Part shown: one piece after another, positions 28,882 to 39,439 of the stretch
Layout of the letters: each line of letters starts with the position of its first letter
How positions within the stretch are numbered: the stretch's first letter is position 1
Sequence record: LC788708.1
Strand: one strand, 5' to 3'
Origin: Escherichia coli phage AZ21
Length of the DNA: 64,000 nucleotides
The notes under the pieces: generated by a model
The model's database searches: none
The model's input: the letters and a program-made list of their open reading frames with translations, nothing else
What the model was told of the DNA's origin: nothing
Position numbers and translations under genes: made by a program

Positions 28882-30729
28882 TTATTTAGCTCGAATATCC
28901 TGATGTTTCACTCTGCCCATCACCTCGTGCTGTTTGCCGGGGTTAAATGGACGAGCACCCGGATTTCCAAGATACCCACAAACTCGACGAGTTACTTCAA
29001 GAGTCTCAGGGTCATGATTACCACAGATAGGGCACTTAAATCCATCTTCGGATGCTATTGTTTCACCTAAGAATCCACATTTACCACAAGAATCCACTGG
29101 GGTATTAATACCGAAGTAATGAACCTTACTAGCAGCATAATTAATAACCCATTCCAGTGCATCTGGGAATCGTTTCATATCCGGTAGTTCTACATAGGAA
29201 ATGCACCCACCAGAAGCAATCGGAGTAAAGTTAGATTCATAATCAAATTTCACATTGGGAGCAACTTTACGTTCTACATCAAGGTGGTGCGAGTTAGTGT
29301 AGTATCCTTTGGACAGAATATCTTCATGCTCTGGGAAATATTCACGGTCTAGACGACAAAAACGGTCGCATAGGGATTCTGATGGTGTAGCATACAGACT
29401 ATAACCTAGTTTAGTTTCTTCCTTCTTCTGATCGACTCTATCCCGCATGTACTGCAATACACGCTGAACAAACTTGATGCAGGTCTCGGACATTGTGTCT
29501 ACATCTTTGCCAAACATGAACTGTAGCATTTCATGGCAGCCAATATACCCTAGAGATACAGAAGCACGGTTATAGAAATGATCGAATACATATTCCTCAG
29601 GCCCCAAGCGTAACCCAAAGGCTCCTGACATATAGAGGATGGGTGCAGCTTTAGCTTGAATGTATTTTAAGCGATCAACTCTCCACTCCAACGCTTTTAA
29701 TGCTGTATCCACACGTAGCTCAAGCAAATCAAAGAATAGGTCAATATTTCCTTCAGCTTCGATAGCAATTCTAGGCAAGTTTACAGAAACAACACCTAAG
29801 TTATTACGACCGGCAGTTTCACCATCTTCTGTAGCAGCTAGGAATGAACGGCAGCCCATAGAAACTTTATAGTCTCCAGTAACTTCTACAACCTTGTCAT
29901 AGCTGATATAATCTGGATACATACGTTCAGCAGTACATTTCATAGCTAACTTCTTGATGTCATAATTAACATCTCCTGGTTTCATGTTAACACCATCACG
30001 AAGTACAAATACCAGTTTCGGGAAGATAGCTGTACGTTTATTGATACCTAAACCATCCATGCGTACTTTCAGTATTGCCCTCTGTACTAGACGTGCTTCC
30101 CAAGAAGTTCCTAGACCAAAACCAAAGGTAATAAATGGACTCTGACCATTAGAGTTGAACATGGTATTGATTTCATATTCTAAACCCTGACAAGCGTCAT
30201 AGACTTCTTTTTCAGTCATCTCCGTAGCCATTACGGATGCTTTGGCCTCATCCTTAGTCCAACGTTTTGCAAACGCATGATTTTTATCATAGGATTTACG
30301 AACATAAGGGGCTAATACTTCATCAAGGCGATCTACAGAAGTACCACCATACTGATGGGAGCTAACCTGAGTGATAATCTGAGCAGTAATAGCCGCCGCA
30401 GTAGTAATAGAGTTTGGAGTGCTAATTTCAGCATTACCAACCTTCATACCATTCTTCAACATATCTTCCAGAGCTACCAGACAACAGTTAGTCATGCCTA
30501 ATGCAGCATAATCAGCATCATGGAAATGAATATCCCCAATCATATGAGCATTTCGAATCTGAATTGGCATTTCTTCTAGAATCAGATACTTACTCAATTC
30601 ACCTGCAAGCATATCCCTTTGTGTAGGGAAACGTTCTGAGGGTTTATTAGCATTATTAAACAGCAGCTCTTCATCTGCTGACCCTTCGATAATCTCTTTG
30701 CAGTTTCTAATCAATTCATCTTTGTTCAT
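28882..30729 (-). CDS. nrdD: Anaerobic ribonucleoside-triphosphate reductase (class III RNR)
   Basis: 615 aa; C-terminal zinc site CGKCGF...CPICG and glycyl-radical motif RRVCGYLG. Confidence 0.9.
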   Translation of the reverse strand: MNKDELIRNCKEIIEGSADEELLFNNANKPSERFPTQRDMLAGELSKYLILEEMPIQIRNAHMIGDIHFHDADYAALGMTNCCLVALEDMLKNGMKVGNAEISTPNSITTAAAITAQIITQVSSHQYGGTSVDRLDEVLAPYVRKSYDKNHAFAKRWTKDEAKASVMATEMTEKEVYDACQGLEYEINTMFNSNGQSPFITFGFGLGTSWEARLVQRAILKVRMDGLGINKRTAIFPKLVFVLRDGVNMKPGDVNYDIKKLAMKCTAERMYPDYISYDKVVEVTGDYKVSMGCRSFLAATEDGETAGRNNLGVVSVNLPRIAIEAEGNIDLFFDLLELRVDTALKALEWRVDRLKYIQAKAAPILYMSGAFGLRLGPEEYVFDHFYNRASVSLGYIGCHEMLQFMFGKDVDTMSETCIKFVQRVLQYMRDRVDQKKEETKLGYSLYATPSESLCDRFCRLDREYFPEHEDILSKGYYTNSHHLDVERKVAPNVKFDYESNFTPIASGGCISYVELPDMKRFPDALEWVINYAASKVHYFGINTPVDSCGKCGFLGETIASEDGFKCPICGNHDPETLEVTRRVCGYLGNPGARPFNPGKQHEVMGRVKHQDIRAK

Positions 30730-31387
30730 TAATTATTTCCTCAATAAACCTTGCTACTACTTCTGGCTCAATACTAAAAAATTCTGTAGCACCATCAAAA
30801 TCTTTATATTGACAATTATATTCCTTAAAATGTAGATGGGTTTCTCTCTCAATACGCATAGCTTTTGATCTATCTGAAAAGCTATACTCCTTAAATATTT
30901 TTAAATCATGTATGTTAGAAGAAGTTTTAATATCTCTGAGTCTATCTTTAGTTCTGCTAGACACACCTATTTTGGTCCCCACATTACTTACTAAAATATA
31001 TACGTTAGTAGGATAATTATCCTTTTCTAATAAACATATAGGACAACCAGAATTATGATTCCTAACACTATCGAGTGTAGACTCCCACCTATGATCATTC
31101 TCACAGCTAAACATGATTTTACTCTTGGAATTGATGTATTTACCTTCCATCTTTATTCCACGGGCAGCTAACGACTCATTTACTTCTTTAAGATCTAAAG
31201 TACGGCTAGCACAATAAGGGCAGCCCCTACCACCTTTTACGTTATCTACTCTAGCCTCCCAACTATGTCCATTAGAGCACTTAAATATAGCATTGGATTT
31301 AGCTGATATATACGTGCTTAGCATAACTATTCCTCTAGGAGCAAGTGCTAAGTTCACATCTTCTGTAGTTATTTTCTTTCTTACCAT
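30716..31387 (-). CDS. T5orf172 / GIY-YIG-like domain protein with tandem zinc-ribbon repeats (putative homing endonuclease)
   Basis: Two repeats FKCSNGHSWEARVDNVKGGRGCPYCA and FSCENDHRWESTLDSVRNHNSGCPICL; C-terminal NVYILVSNVGTKIGVSS...GATEFF; start overlaps nrdD by 14 nt. Confidence 0.6.
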   Translation of the reverse strand: MVRKKITTEDVNLALAPRGIVMLSTYISAKSNAIFKCSNGHSWEARVDNVKGGRGCPYCASRTLDLKEVNESLAARGIKMEGKYINSKSKIMFSCENDHRWESTLDSVRNHNSGCPICLLEKDNYPTNVYILVSNVGTKIGVSSRTKDRLRDIKTSSNIHDLKIFKEYSFSDRSKAMRIERETHLHFKEYNCQYKDFDGATEFFSIEPEVVARFIEEIINEQR

Positions 31388-31609
31388 TAAATTCTCCTTA
31401 ATTCACATATTATACATAATTCCACCCCATACGTCAACTACATTTTTCTAATACTATTTGACTTTTGATTTTTATCAATTTTTATTGACGTTATACAGCA
31501 TAATATCTTTACGTATAAATAAATGAATATCTAGTATCATATTTCTACCTTTATAAGCAAGTAAACTTTTTATTTAAAAGCAATATCATAGGTTTATTTA
31601 AAATTATAC

Positions 31610-31638
31610 TTGCTTTTTGCTGTAAACCTTGTTATAAT
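31610..31638 (+). promoter_or_regulatory. Sigma70-type early promoter (phoH operon) in the divergent intergenic region
   Basis: ttgctt-17 nt-tataat in AT-rich 320-bp region. Confidence 0.6.
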
Positions 31639-31714
31639 ATATTCGTAAGTTGATAAACAAGATCTCTTTGTTGATCCTCTGTTAGAAGCGAAGTACACTA
31701 TAGGAGTGTTATTT

Positions 31715-32467
31715 ATGGGAAAAGCACGTCAAAAAAGAGAGAACCGCAATGGTTCAAGAAAGCGTGGCAACAAATATGAGAATACCGTAATTCAGGCTGA
31801 TTTTTCTAATGATTACGCTAACCCAGTTGCTAAATCCCTAGTAGGTAAAAACCGCGAGCAAAAATCATATATCAATATGATCAAGAACAACACAGTGACT
31901 GTGGGTATCGGTGAGCCGGGTACTGGTAAAACCTTTATTCCGTCCGTTCTTGCAGCTCAGGAACTCGTAGACATTCACTCAGATATTGAGCAAGTGATCC
32001 TCGTACGTCCTAATGAACCTCTAGGCAAGTCTCTTGGTATGCTTCCTGGTGATCTAGCAGAAAAGCTAGAGCCTTGGTTGGAGCCAATAGCTGATGGTAT
32101 GAAATGGGCCATCGGCGATCATGCATATAAAGGATATGTCGAACGTCAGAAAATTAAATTTTTGGCTATCGAACATGCTCGTGGCAGAACTTTCAACAAC
32201 TCCTATGTAATTGTCGATGAAGCTCAGAATATTTCCGTTGAGGCAATGATTTGTCTCCTAACTCGTGTAGGACAAGACTGCCGTTTAATTATCTGCGGAG
32301 ATATAGCTCAGAAAGACATTAAAGGTGACTCAGGTCTAGCACTCCTTATGGAAGTCTATGAGAAATACGAAAATGCCCCATTCTCAATGATCGAATTGAT
32401 TGATAACGTTCGTTCTGTCGAGTCTAAAGCATTCTATGATATTTTTAAAGACATGGGGAAGGTGTAA
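31715..32467 (+). CDS. phoH: PhoH-like ATPase
   Basis: Walker A GEPGTGKT, Walker B VIVDEAQN; start at ATG with RBS aggag (not the upstream GTG at 31706). Confidence 0.85.
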   Translation: MGKARQKRENRNGSRKRGNKYENTVIQADFSNDYANPVAKSLVGKNREQKSYINMIKNNTVTVGIGEPGTGKTFIPSVLAAQELVDIHSDIEQVILVRPNEPLGKSLGMLPGDLAEKLEPWLEPIADGMKWAIGDHAYKGYVERQKIKFLAIEHARGRTFNNSYVIVDEAQNISVEAMICLLTRVGQDCRLIICGDIAQKDIKGDSGLALLMEVYEKYENAPFSMIELIDNVRSVESKAFYDIFKDMGKV

Positions 32468-32468
32468 T

Positions 32469-32690
32469 ATGGGAAACGTCGTTCATCTGAGCCGTAAAAC
32501 TAAAATACATCGTACTTCACTGAGTGCTGCTAATATTATTACACGTAAGGAAGGAGAAGAAAGTCCTAAGACAACCCTAGCGTGGAAAATTGTAACCTCA
32601 AATCCAAATAAACCATTCAATTATAACGAGCTGAGCACCTCCATAGATATTCTATTAAAAGAAGTAGCTAGAGCTAAAGTAATTGAATAA
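32469..32690 (+). CDS. Hypothetical protein
   Basis: 73 aa from MGNVVHL; ATG overlaps the phoH stop. Confidence 0.4.
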   Translation: MGNVVHLSRKTKIHRTSLSAANIITRKEGEESPKTTLAWKIVTSNPNKPFNYNELSTSIDILLKEVARAKVIE

Positions 32691-32832
32691 GCTAAAAAGC
32701 TAGACTGGTAATATACAGGGCCTGGGTATGAAAATACTCGGGCCTTTTCTATCAGAAAATTTTATTTGCCTAATGACCAATAATAATGTAGAATATTCCT
32801 TAAATCCTGATAACTATAAAAAGGAAAGCCAA

Positions 32833-35163
32833 ATGAGCCATCGCATTGAAAAAGTAATTAAACGTGACGGTACTGTAGAAGACTTTGCTCCTGAAAAAAT
32901 CAATGGTTGGGCAGAGTATGGTTGCAAAACAGTTGATGTAAGTTGGTCAGCCATTACTATGGCTGCTCAAAAAACTCTGCCTAAAGGGGTTGTAGATTCC
33001 GACACTCTGATGGATGCATTAATTAAAGCTGCTGAAAGTCTTATTAAAGATAATCCAGCATATGATGTGCCAGCAAAGGAATTACGTCTTGCGCAAATGC
33101 GTAAACGCCTTTATGATTCCTTCGAACCGCCTTCTCTGCGCTTCTTCCATGACCATATGGTTAGCGTAGGTGCATGGGAAGACATGAGTGCATGGATTAC
33201 CGATGAGCAATTTGAAGCTCTGAATCAGGTTATCGACCATGATCGTGACCGTCTTTTTACTAGTGGTGGGCTGAAGCAGTTCTTTGATAAGTATTCCCGC
33301 CGTAACATAGCCACTGGTGAAATTTATGAAACCCCGCAGTTTGCCTACATGGGTATGGCAATGGCGATGCTTTCTCAACCTAACTGGACAATTCTAGATG
33401 CAATCGACCTCTACAACGCAATGTCACTCCACAAAATCAACGTTCCTACGCCGCCACTGGTTGGTCTGCGCTCTAGTGACCGTGGATTTGCTAGTTGCTG
33501 TCTCGTGGATTCCACTGACACGTTGGATTCAATCGACACCGCCGAGCACATCGTCTTCAAAATGGTCGCAGCCAGAGCGGGAATCGGGTATCATCTTGAA
33601 AGCCGATCAATTGCTGATCCGGTGCGAAATGGGGCATTCCCGCATTCCGGAAAACTGCCATATTATCGACACATTGACCGCTCAGTAAAGGCCAATACTC
33701 AGCAAACTCGTGGTGGTTCTGCTACAGTGTCTTATCCATACTTCGACCCTGAAATCATTCAATTGATGCAGGTTAAGCAACAACGTGCTACAGATGAGAA
33801 TAAAATCGATAAGATGGATTATTCTCTGAGCTTTAACAATCTTTTGTTAAAACGTTATCTTAAAAACGAAGATATTACGCTAATGTCATACTTCTATGCT
33901 CCAGAAGTTCATGAAGCGTTTTATAGTGATGACGAGGCTAAATTTGAAGAAATCTACGTGGCAGCGGAGAAACGTGTGGCATCTCTTACAAAGATCGACC
34001 ACGAAGGAAAAACAGTTCCTGCAGCTCCTAAAGTCTCTGCAAAAGAAATCCTAGATACTTGGCTACGTATCCGAATGGAAACAGGACGTATGTATGCTCA
34101 TCACATCGGGGAATCTAATCGTCACGGTAACTTCCTTGATCCGATCCGTATGACAAACCTTTGTGTTGAAATTACTCAGCCTACACGCCCGTTCCATCAT
34201 ATCACAGAGCTGTATAAGACAAAAGAGCAGCTTGATCAAATGAAGCCGGAGGATATTGGTGAAGTATCTCTGTGTAACTTAGGCGGTGTTGTACTTGGAC
34301 GCATGGAATCTCTGGCTGAGTGGGAAAAAACTTGCTACATCCTTCTGAAATTCGTTGATACAATTATTGAGATTCAGGATTATCCGTTCCCAACTATGGA
34401 ATATACGGCTAAGAAACGTCGTAATGTTGGTATTGGCCTGATGAACGCAGCAGGTGCAATGGCAGCAGAAGGTCTGGCTTACGAAGGTATTGAAGCCCGT
34501 AACTGGATCCACCGTGAGGCTGAAAAACTGTCTTACTTCCTGCATAAAGCCTCTGTACGCCTAGCTAAAGAACAAGGTGCATGTGAGTGGTTTGATCGTA
34601 CTAAACCATCTAAAGGAATTCTGGTAATCGACACGTACAAGAAAACTGTTGATGAACTAGTATCCGTAGGCCTAGAAATGGATTGGGAGTCTCTGCGGGC
34701 AGATATTCTGAAATATGGTATGCGTAACTCTGTTCTAACTGCTCAGATGCCGGGAGAAAGTTCTTCTGTTCTGTTAGGTGTTACTAACTCTATTGAACCA
34801 CCTCGTAAGATTGTATCTATCAAGGGTAGTGCAGTAAATAAAGTAATTGCAATTGCTCCGGGTGCAACCGATTGGGAGACGTTAATGAGCTATAAACTGG
34901 CTTATGATGTAGATCGTATCGAGTGGATCAAGTGGGTAGCAACTATGCAGAAATTCTTCAGTCAGTCTATCAGTACGAATATGTACTATGACTACACCAA
35001 GTTTGAGAATGAAATCATTCCTGGCCCAGTAGTAGTTCGTGATTTCATGACTGCTGTTAAGTATGGGTGGAAAACTTTCTATTATGCTAACTTCAACACC
35101 GCAAATGGTGGAGGTGCTGGAGAAGAAGCAGCCGGTTGTGCATTCGGTGGTTGTACTATTTAA
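32833..35163 (+). CDS. nrdA: Ribonucleotide reductase large subunit (class Ia)
   Basis: ATP-cone VIKRDGTVEDF at N-terminus, catalytic core and C-terminal Cys pair; start at MSHRIEK with RBS aaaggaaag. Confidence 0.9.
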   Translation: MSHRIEKVIKRDGTVEDFAPEKINGWAEYGCKTVDVSWSAITMAAQKTLPKGVVDSDTLMDALIKAAESLIKDNPAYDVPAKELRLAQMRKRLYDSFEPPSLRFFHDHMVSVGAWEDMSAWITDEQFEALNQVIDHDRDRLFTSGGLKQFFDKYSRRNIATGEIYETPQFAYMGMAMAMLSQPNWTILDAIDLYNAMSLHKINVPTPPLVGLRSSDRGFASCCLVDSTDTLDSIDTAEHIVFKMVAARAGIGYHLESRSIADPVRNGAFPHSGKLPYYRHIDRSVKANTQQTRGGSATVSYPYFDPEIIQLMQVKQQRATDENKIDKMDYSLSFNNLLLKRYLKNEDITLMSYFYAPEVHEAFYSDDEAKFEEIYVAAEKRVASLTKIDHEGKTVPAAPKVSAKEILDTWLRIRMETGRMYAHHIGESNRHGNFLDPIRMTNLCVEITQPTRPFHHITELYKTKEQLDQMKPEDIGEVSLCNLGGVVLGRMESLAEWEKTCYILLKFVDTIIEIQDYPFPTMEYTAKKRRNVGIGLMNAAGAMAAEGLAYEGIEARNWIHREAEKLSYFLHKASVRLAKEQGACEWFDRTKPSKGILVIDTYKKTVDELVSVGLEMDWESLRADILKYGMRNSVLTAQMPGESSSVLLGVTNSIEPPRKIVSIKGSAVNKVIAIAPGATDWETLMSYKLAYDVDRIEWIKWVATMQKFFSQSISTNMYYDYTKFENEIIPGPVVVRDFMTAVKYGWKTFYYANFNTANGGGAGEEAAGCAFGGCTI

Positions 35164-35170
35164 TAAAAAC

Positions 35171-35199
35171 AAGGAGATCTTCGGGTCTCCTTTTTCTTT
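35171..35199 (+). terminator. Rho-independent terminator after nrdA
   Basis: aaggagatcttcgggtctcctt followed by tttcttt. Confidence 0.75.
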
Positions 35200-35209
35200 G
35201 AAATTTTAC

Positions 35210-35239
35210 TTGCTAATCGCTACCAGATTTGCTATAATA
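35210..35239 (+). promoter_or_regulatory. Sigma70-type promoter for nrdB
   Basis: ttgcta-18 nt-tataat. Confidence 0.6.
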
Positions 35240-35269
35240 TTCCTGAAATAGTGAGAAAGAGGAAAATCA

Positions 35270-36415
35270 ATGACTACTTTACTAAACCTGAATTGGGATC
35301 ATACTAACGCTGACCTTTTCCTGGGAGATTCTCTCGGTATCGCAGATTATGTACGTGTAGCACATCCAGAACTAGAACGTCTGGCACTTCTGCAACGCTC
35401 TCAATTTTGGACTGAAACTGAAATCAGTCTGGAAGCAGATAAGAAACAATGGCCCAATCTCCCTCGTGAAATTCAGGAAATTACACTCCTGAACTTAGCA
35501 TGGCAAACTCAAACTGATTCCTTTATCAGTCGTGCCCCTGAAGCAGCTATTATGCCACTTGTAAGTCGTCCAGAATTGGAAGGTATGCTCAAACAGTGGA
35601 GCTATTTTGAAGACCTGCATAGTCGTGCTTATAGCAATATTATTCGTAATGTGCTGACTGATCCAGCAGAATTTATTGATTCTGTAACCAAAAACCAAGA
35701 AGCATTCGCGCGCATCGCTGATTCTGTTGAACTATTCGATGAACTGTACCAGTTAGGTCAGTATTTCATCGCAGTACGCGATCATCGTGGAGACAATACA
35801 TATCCAGAAACTGAGTTCCCTGAAGTTAAACGTGAAACTCAGGCTAAACTATTGGACGCTTACTTTGCGATCTATGGTCTGGAAGCAATGCAGTTTTACG
35901 CATCCTTTGCATGTACCTTTGCATTAGCAGAGAACGATATTCTGCAAGGTATTGCTAAAAATCTGCAATTAATCGCTAAAGATGAAGCTCTGCACACTCA
36001 GATGTCCAAAGCAATCATCCAGATTATGTTTCAGCAATTTGACAAAGATCTGGTAGATGAGGCAGTAGCTAAAGCACCAGCACAGCTCCTGAAAACTCTG
36101 AAAACTGAAATTGAATGGGGTCATTTCATTTTCAAAGGTCGTAGTCTGATTGGCTTGAATGCAGAACTTCTAGAAGAATATCTGTACTTTGTGGGGCGCA
36201 ATGCATTTATGCACATCGGTGTAGAATGGCCTAGTCACTTACCAGTAATCACCAAAAACCCTATTCCGTGGATCATGAACTGGTTGGATACTACTTCTCT
36301 ACAGCCTGCTCCGCAAGAAATCCAGATTGGTGCAGCTTACCGTGTAGGTCAGGTAACTGAGACCTCTACTGATACTCTGAAAGATCTGGGTAATGAATTT
36401 GGAGATTTCTTATGA
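35270..36415 (+). CDS. nrdB: Ribonucleotide reductase small subunit (class Ia)
   Basis: 381 aa; diiron ligand pattern and tyrosyl-radical region. Confidence 0.88.
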   Translation: MTTLLNLNWDHTNADLFLGDSLGIADYVRVAHPELERLALLQRSQFWTETEISLEADKKQWPNLPREIQEITLLNLAWQTQTDSFISRAPEAAIMPLVSRPELEGMLKQWSYFEDLHSRAYSNIIRNVLTDPAEFIDSVTKNQEAFARIADSVELFDELYQLGQYFIAVRDHRGDNTYPETEFPEVKRETQAKLLDAYFAIYGLEAMQFYASFACTFALAENDILQGIAKNLQLIAKDEALHTQMSKAIIQIMFQQFDKDLVDEAVAKAPAQLLKTLKTEIEWGHFIFKGRSLIGLNAELLEEYLYFVGRNAFMHIGVEWPSHLPVITKNPIPWIMNWLDTTSLQPAPQEIQIGAAYRVGQVTETSTDTLKDLGNEFGDFL

Positions 36416-36945
36416 TTACAGCAATGTATGCAGTTGGGCCGAATGGGGAGTTCGGCCTCCGCGGTAAACTTCCATGGGGTTCCTTCAAAGAAGAACTAGA
36501 TGCTTTCTATTCTCAACTGGACGTATTAAATCCAGATAACATCATCATTGGTGCGGGTACTTATTTAGCTCTTCCATACGCCGTTAGAGAACGTATGATT
36601 AGGGCTTCTGACCTATTTATTCGTGTTGATCGTCCACTGCCAGACGATATTACGCATGATATTTACACTCCAATTTCTAAGATTGGGGATACATTACCTA
36701 CGTTTCTGAAAGATCAGCAGACAGTGGTTTTAGGTGGCGCAACATTATTGTACGAAATGTATATTCATGGACATATTGAGAGTGCTTTTGTATCCACAAT
36801 CTTTAGTAGTCAAAAACTAGAGGCAGATGTACATCTGGATAATATGATTCTAGATTACAACTATGAATCTACTCGTTTAGTTTACGCAACTGGCGCAAAC
36901 AGTGATAACAGCCTGCGATTTGTACAGGAATTGGTTACTTATTAA
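36412..36945 (+). CDS. Dihydrofolate reductase
   Basis: 177 aa; N-terminal [18 protein letters not shown]; sits directly upstream of thymidylate synthase. Confidence 0.7.
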   Translation: MITAMYAVGPNGEFGLRGKLPWGSFKEELDAFYSQLDVLNPDNIIIGAGTYLALPYAVRERMIRASDLFIRVDRPLPDDITHDIYTPISKIGDTLPTFLKDQQTVVLGGATLLYEMYIHGHIESAFVSTIFSSQKLEADVHLDNMILDYNYESTRLVYATGANSDNSLRFVQELVTY

Positions 36946-37799
36946 TGGATCAGTATATCGAAGTTGGAAAACGCATTCTATCAGATGGTCAGTGGGTAAC
37001 GAATCCTAGAACAGGGGTTCGTTGCCTCACTATTATTGATGCAGACTTTACTTTTAACGTAGGTGCAGGGGAATTTCCCCTTATTACTACTCGTAAGGCG
37101 TTTGCAAAACAAGCAATAATGGAAATGATTGGGTATCTACGTGGATATGACTCAGCAGCACAATTCCGTGCTATTGGTGTTAACACATGGAATGCTAATG
37201 CAAATGAAAACTCAGCTTGGCTAGACAATCCATACCGTAAAGGTGAGGATGATATGGGACGAGTCTATGGTGTTCAAGGACGTCAGTGGACTAATTCCGA
37301 TGGTCTTATGTTTGACCAACTAGCCAAGATTTATCATAATCTGAAAAGGGGCATTGATGATCGTGGGGAAATTCTAACCTTCTGGAATCCGGGAGAGTTC
37401 TCAAAGGGTTGCTTACGTCCATGTATGCACACTCATCAGTTCTCTATTTTGGGAGATACATTATACCTGAACTCTTTCCAGAGATCTAATGACTTCCTGT
37501 TAGGCCAAGTATTTAACATGGTTCAGTGCTATACGCTTCTAGCATTAATGGCTCAGATTACAGGCCTTAAACCAGGAATTGCACGCCAGAAGATTATCAA
37601 TCTTCATATCTATGAGGATCAGTATAATGTTTTGATGGAGCATAAGCAATTCGATCGTAAACCTTTTGCACCTCCTACTCTAGAAATTAATCCAAATATC
37701 CGAACTCTGGAGGATGTATTGACCTGGGTAAATAAGGATGATTTTACTGTTCGTGGTTACGAACACCACCCTGCTATTGCATACCCCTTTACGGTATAA
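36945..37799 (+). CDS. thyA: Thymidylate synthase
   Basis: 284 aa; catalytic Cys region [10 protein letters not shown] and [12 protein letters not shown] (ThyA-like DxxLGxPFN). Confidence 0.8.
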   Translation: MDQYIEVGKRILSDGQWVTNPRTGVRCLTIIDADFTFNVGAGEFPLITTRKAFAKQAIMEMIGYLRGYDSAAQFRAIGVNTWNANANENSAWLDNPYRKGEDDMGRVYGVQGRQWTNSDGLMFDQLAKIYHNLKRGIDDRGEILTFWNPGEFSKGCLRPCMHTHQFSILGDTLYLNSFQRSNDFLLGQVFNMVQCYTLLALMAQITGLKPGIARQKIINLHIYEDQYNVLMEHKQFDRKPFAPPTLEINPNIRTLEDVLTWVNKDDFTVRGYEHHPAIAYPFTV

Positions 37800-37802
37800 T
37801 AT

Positions 37803-38156
37803 ATGTTGACAATACTATTATTTGTTATATTCTTCCTGAAACATTTTATGGCTGATTATCCCCTCCAAACTCCATACATGTTAAGGAAGACCCACAAAAT
37901 AGGGTGGAAACTTCCATTACTAACCCATTCTCTAGTACATGCTGGACTAACCTTTATAATTCTTACTATGTTCACATCACTAGGAATGGCTATAACTTTA
38001 GCTATAATGGAATTAATTCTACACTTTATCATAGATTACTGGAAAGCACAATGCTGTAAATACGATATAAGTGATTCCAGGTTTTGGATAGCTTTAGGAT
38101 TTGATCAGTTACTCCATTACTTAACCTATGCTCTCATAATTTTAATTATAATTTAG
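37803..38156 (+). CDS. Hypothetical membrane protein
   Basis: 117 aa, several hydrophobic helices. Confidence 0.45.
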   Translation: MLTILLFVIFFLKHFMADYPLQTPYMLRKTHKIGWKLPLLTHSLVHAGLTFIILTMFTSLGMAITLAIMELILHFIIDYWKAQCCKYDISDSRFWIALGFDQLLHYLTYALIILIII

Positions 38157-38161
38157 CTCAA

Positions 38162-38187
38162 ATAGCCCTTCGGGGCTATTATATTTA
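38162..38187 (+). terminator. Rho-independent terminator
   Basis: atagccc-ttcg-gggctat followed by tatattt. Confidence 0.65.
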
Positions 38188-38195
38188 AATTTCAT

Positions 38196-38224
38196 TTGCT
38201 TATTTAGTGAAATTTAAATATAAT
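38196..38224 (+). promoter_or_regulatory. Sigma70-type early promoter
   Basis: ttgctt-17 nt-tataat-atattttataaattggagg. Confidence 0.65.
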
Positions 38225-38250
38225 ATATTTTATAAATTGGAGGTACACAT

Positions 38251-38508
38251 ATGGGACTCTTTAGAAAGAAAGTTTATTTAACAGAAGAGCAAGAACACAA
38301 ACTTCTTACTCTATCAGAATACTATCATTTACCATATGATTATTTTGTAGATAGAGCAATAGAGGAATTCTTAGATAGAGAATTAGAGGCTATAAAACCT
38401 AAGCCTCCTGAGCCGTCTTTAGCATCAAAGGGTCACCAAAGAGAATCCCCAAGAGTTCCGCCAATGCCCCCAATTCCACCAAAAACTAGAGTTGTAACAG
38501 AGTTGTAA
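38251..38508 (+). CDS. Hypothetical protein, possible ribbon-helix-helix fold with Pro-rich tail
   Basis: 85 aa; KKVYLTEEQEHKLLTLSE N-terminus; C-terminal PPMPPIPP. Confidence 0.4.
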   Translation: MGLFRKKVYLTEEQEHKLLTLSEYYHLPYDYFVDRAIEEFLDRELEAIKPKPPEPSLASKGHQRESPRVPPMPPIPPKTRVVTEL

Positions 38509-38524
38509 TAGAAGGTAAAAAATA

Positions 38525-39004
38525 ATGTCGGTTTTCCACATTTACACAGATGGTGCTTGTAAGTCTAACCCAGGTCCAGGTGCTTGGGGTTTTATTGTCT
38601 ATAATGATAACGACGATCGTTTAGGTTCTAAATCTGGTTATAATCCTAAAACTACAAATAATGAGATGGAACTCACAGCTATTGTAGAAGCTCTACGTTG
38701 GTCTGTTAAAAAAGATAATAGACCAATTGCTATCTATACTGACTCTGCTTATTGCAAAAATGGCATGGAAAGCTGGATGTTTTCTTGGCAAAGGAAAGGC
38801 TGGAAGAAAGCAGATGGTGAAGTTCCTCTTAATCTAGAACTTTGGCAGGAAGCATTTAAATTAACACAGCAGTATATCAACTTTCATAATACTAATCCTA
38901 CCTTTATTAAGGTTAAAGGACATTCTGGTATTAGTGGTAATGAAGCTGTAGACGCCTTATGTAATACAGTTATTACTGAAGCTGAAATGGCTGAGATGTT
39001 ATAA
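38525..39004 (+). CDS. rnh: Ribonuclease H
   Basis: 159 aa; HIYTDGACKSNPGPGAWG start, TNNEMEL, YTDS, C-terminal H...D motifs of RNase HI. Confidence 0.8.
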   Translation: MSVFHIYTDGACKSNPGPGAWGFIVYNDNDDRLGSKSGYNPKTTNNEMELTAIVEALRWSVKKDNRPIAIYTDSAYCKNGMESWMFSWQRKGWKKADGEVPLNLELWQEAFKLTQQYINFHNTNPTFIKVKGHSGISGNEAVDALCNTVITEAEMAEML

Positions 39005-39021
39005 ATAAATTAAAAATTTTC

Positions 39022-39050
39022 TTGCTTAAAGCCCTCTAATTTAGTATAAT
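39022..39050 (+). promoter_or_regulatory. Sigma70-type early promoter
   Basis: ttgctt-17 nt-tataat. Confidence 0.65.
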
Positions 39051-39077
39051 ATTCGTATTGAAAGTGAGGAGGGATTT

Positions 39078-39356
39078 ATGCGAATTTATAACTCAAATTC
39101 ATTAGGATTTAAACCATTGAGAAAACGTGCACAATCACCTCGTCAAATAAGAAAGGCTAATATTGGTGAGCCAGAGACACGCCTTCCACCTCCTCCAGAA
39201 CAACGTTTAGTTTATCTGGACGAAGAATTAGCTGAACGCGAAAGAAAAGCTCAAGAAGAGATTGAGCGTAAGAAAATGTGTACTGCTCCAGCGTATAATA
39301 AAGGGGCGTATCAATACGTCTCAGATGCCGAACAAGCTAAGATGGTTGGTAGATAA
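39078..39356 (+). CDS. Hypothetical protein
   Basis: 92-aa ORF with RBS gaggagg. Confidence 0.45.
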   Translation: MRIYNSNSLGFKPLRKRAQSPRQIRKANIGEPETRLPPPPEQRLVYLDEELAERERKAQEEIERKKMCTAPAYNKGAYQYVSDAEQAKMVGR

Positions 39357-39372
39357 TTTTTAAAAAATTCAT

Positions 39373-39401
39373 TTGCTAAACGCTTCAAATTCTCGTATAA
39401 T
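39373..39401 (+). promoter_or_regulatory. Sigma70-type early promoter
   Basis: ttgcta-17 nt-tataat-atacttcataaattgat. Confidence 0.65.
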
Positions 39402-39439
39402 ATACTTCATAAATTGATAAACAAAAAGGAAAACAAATA

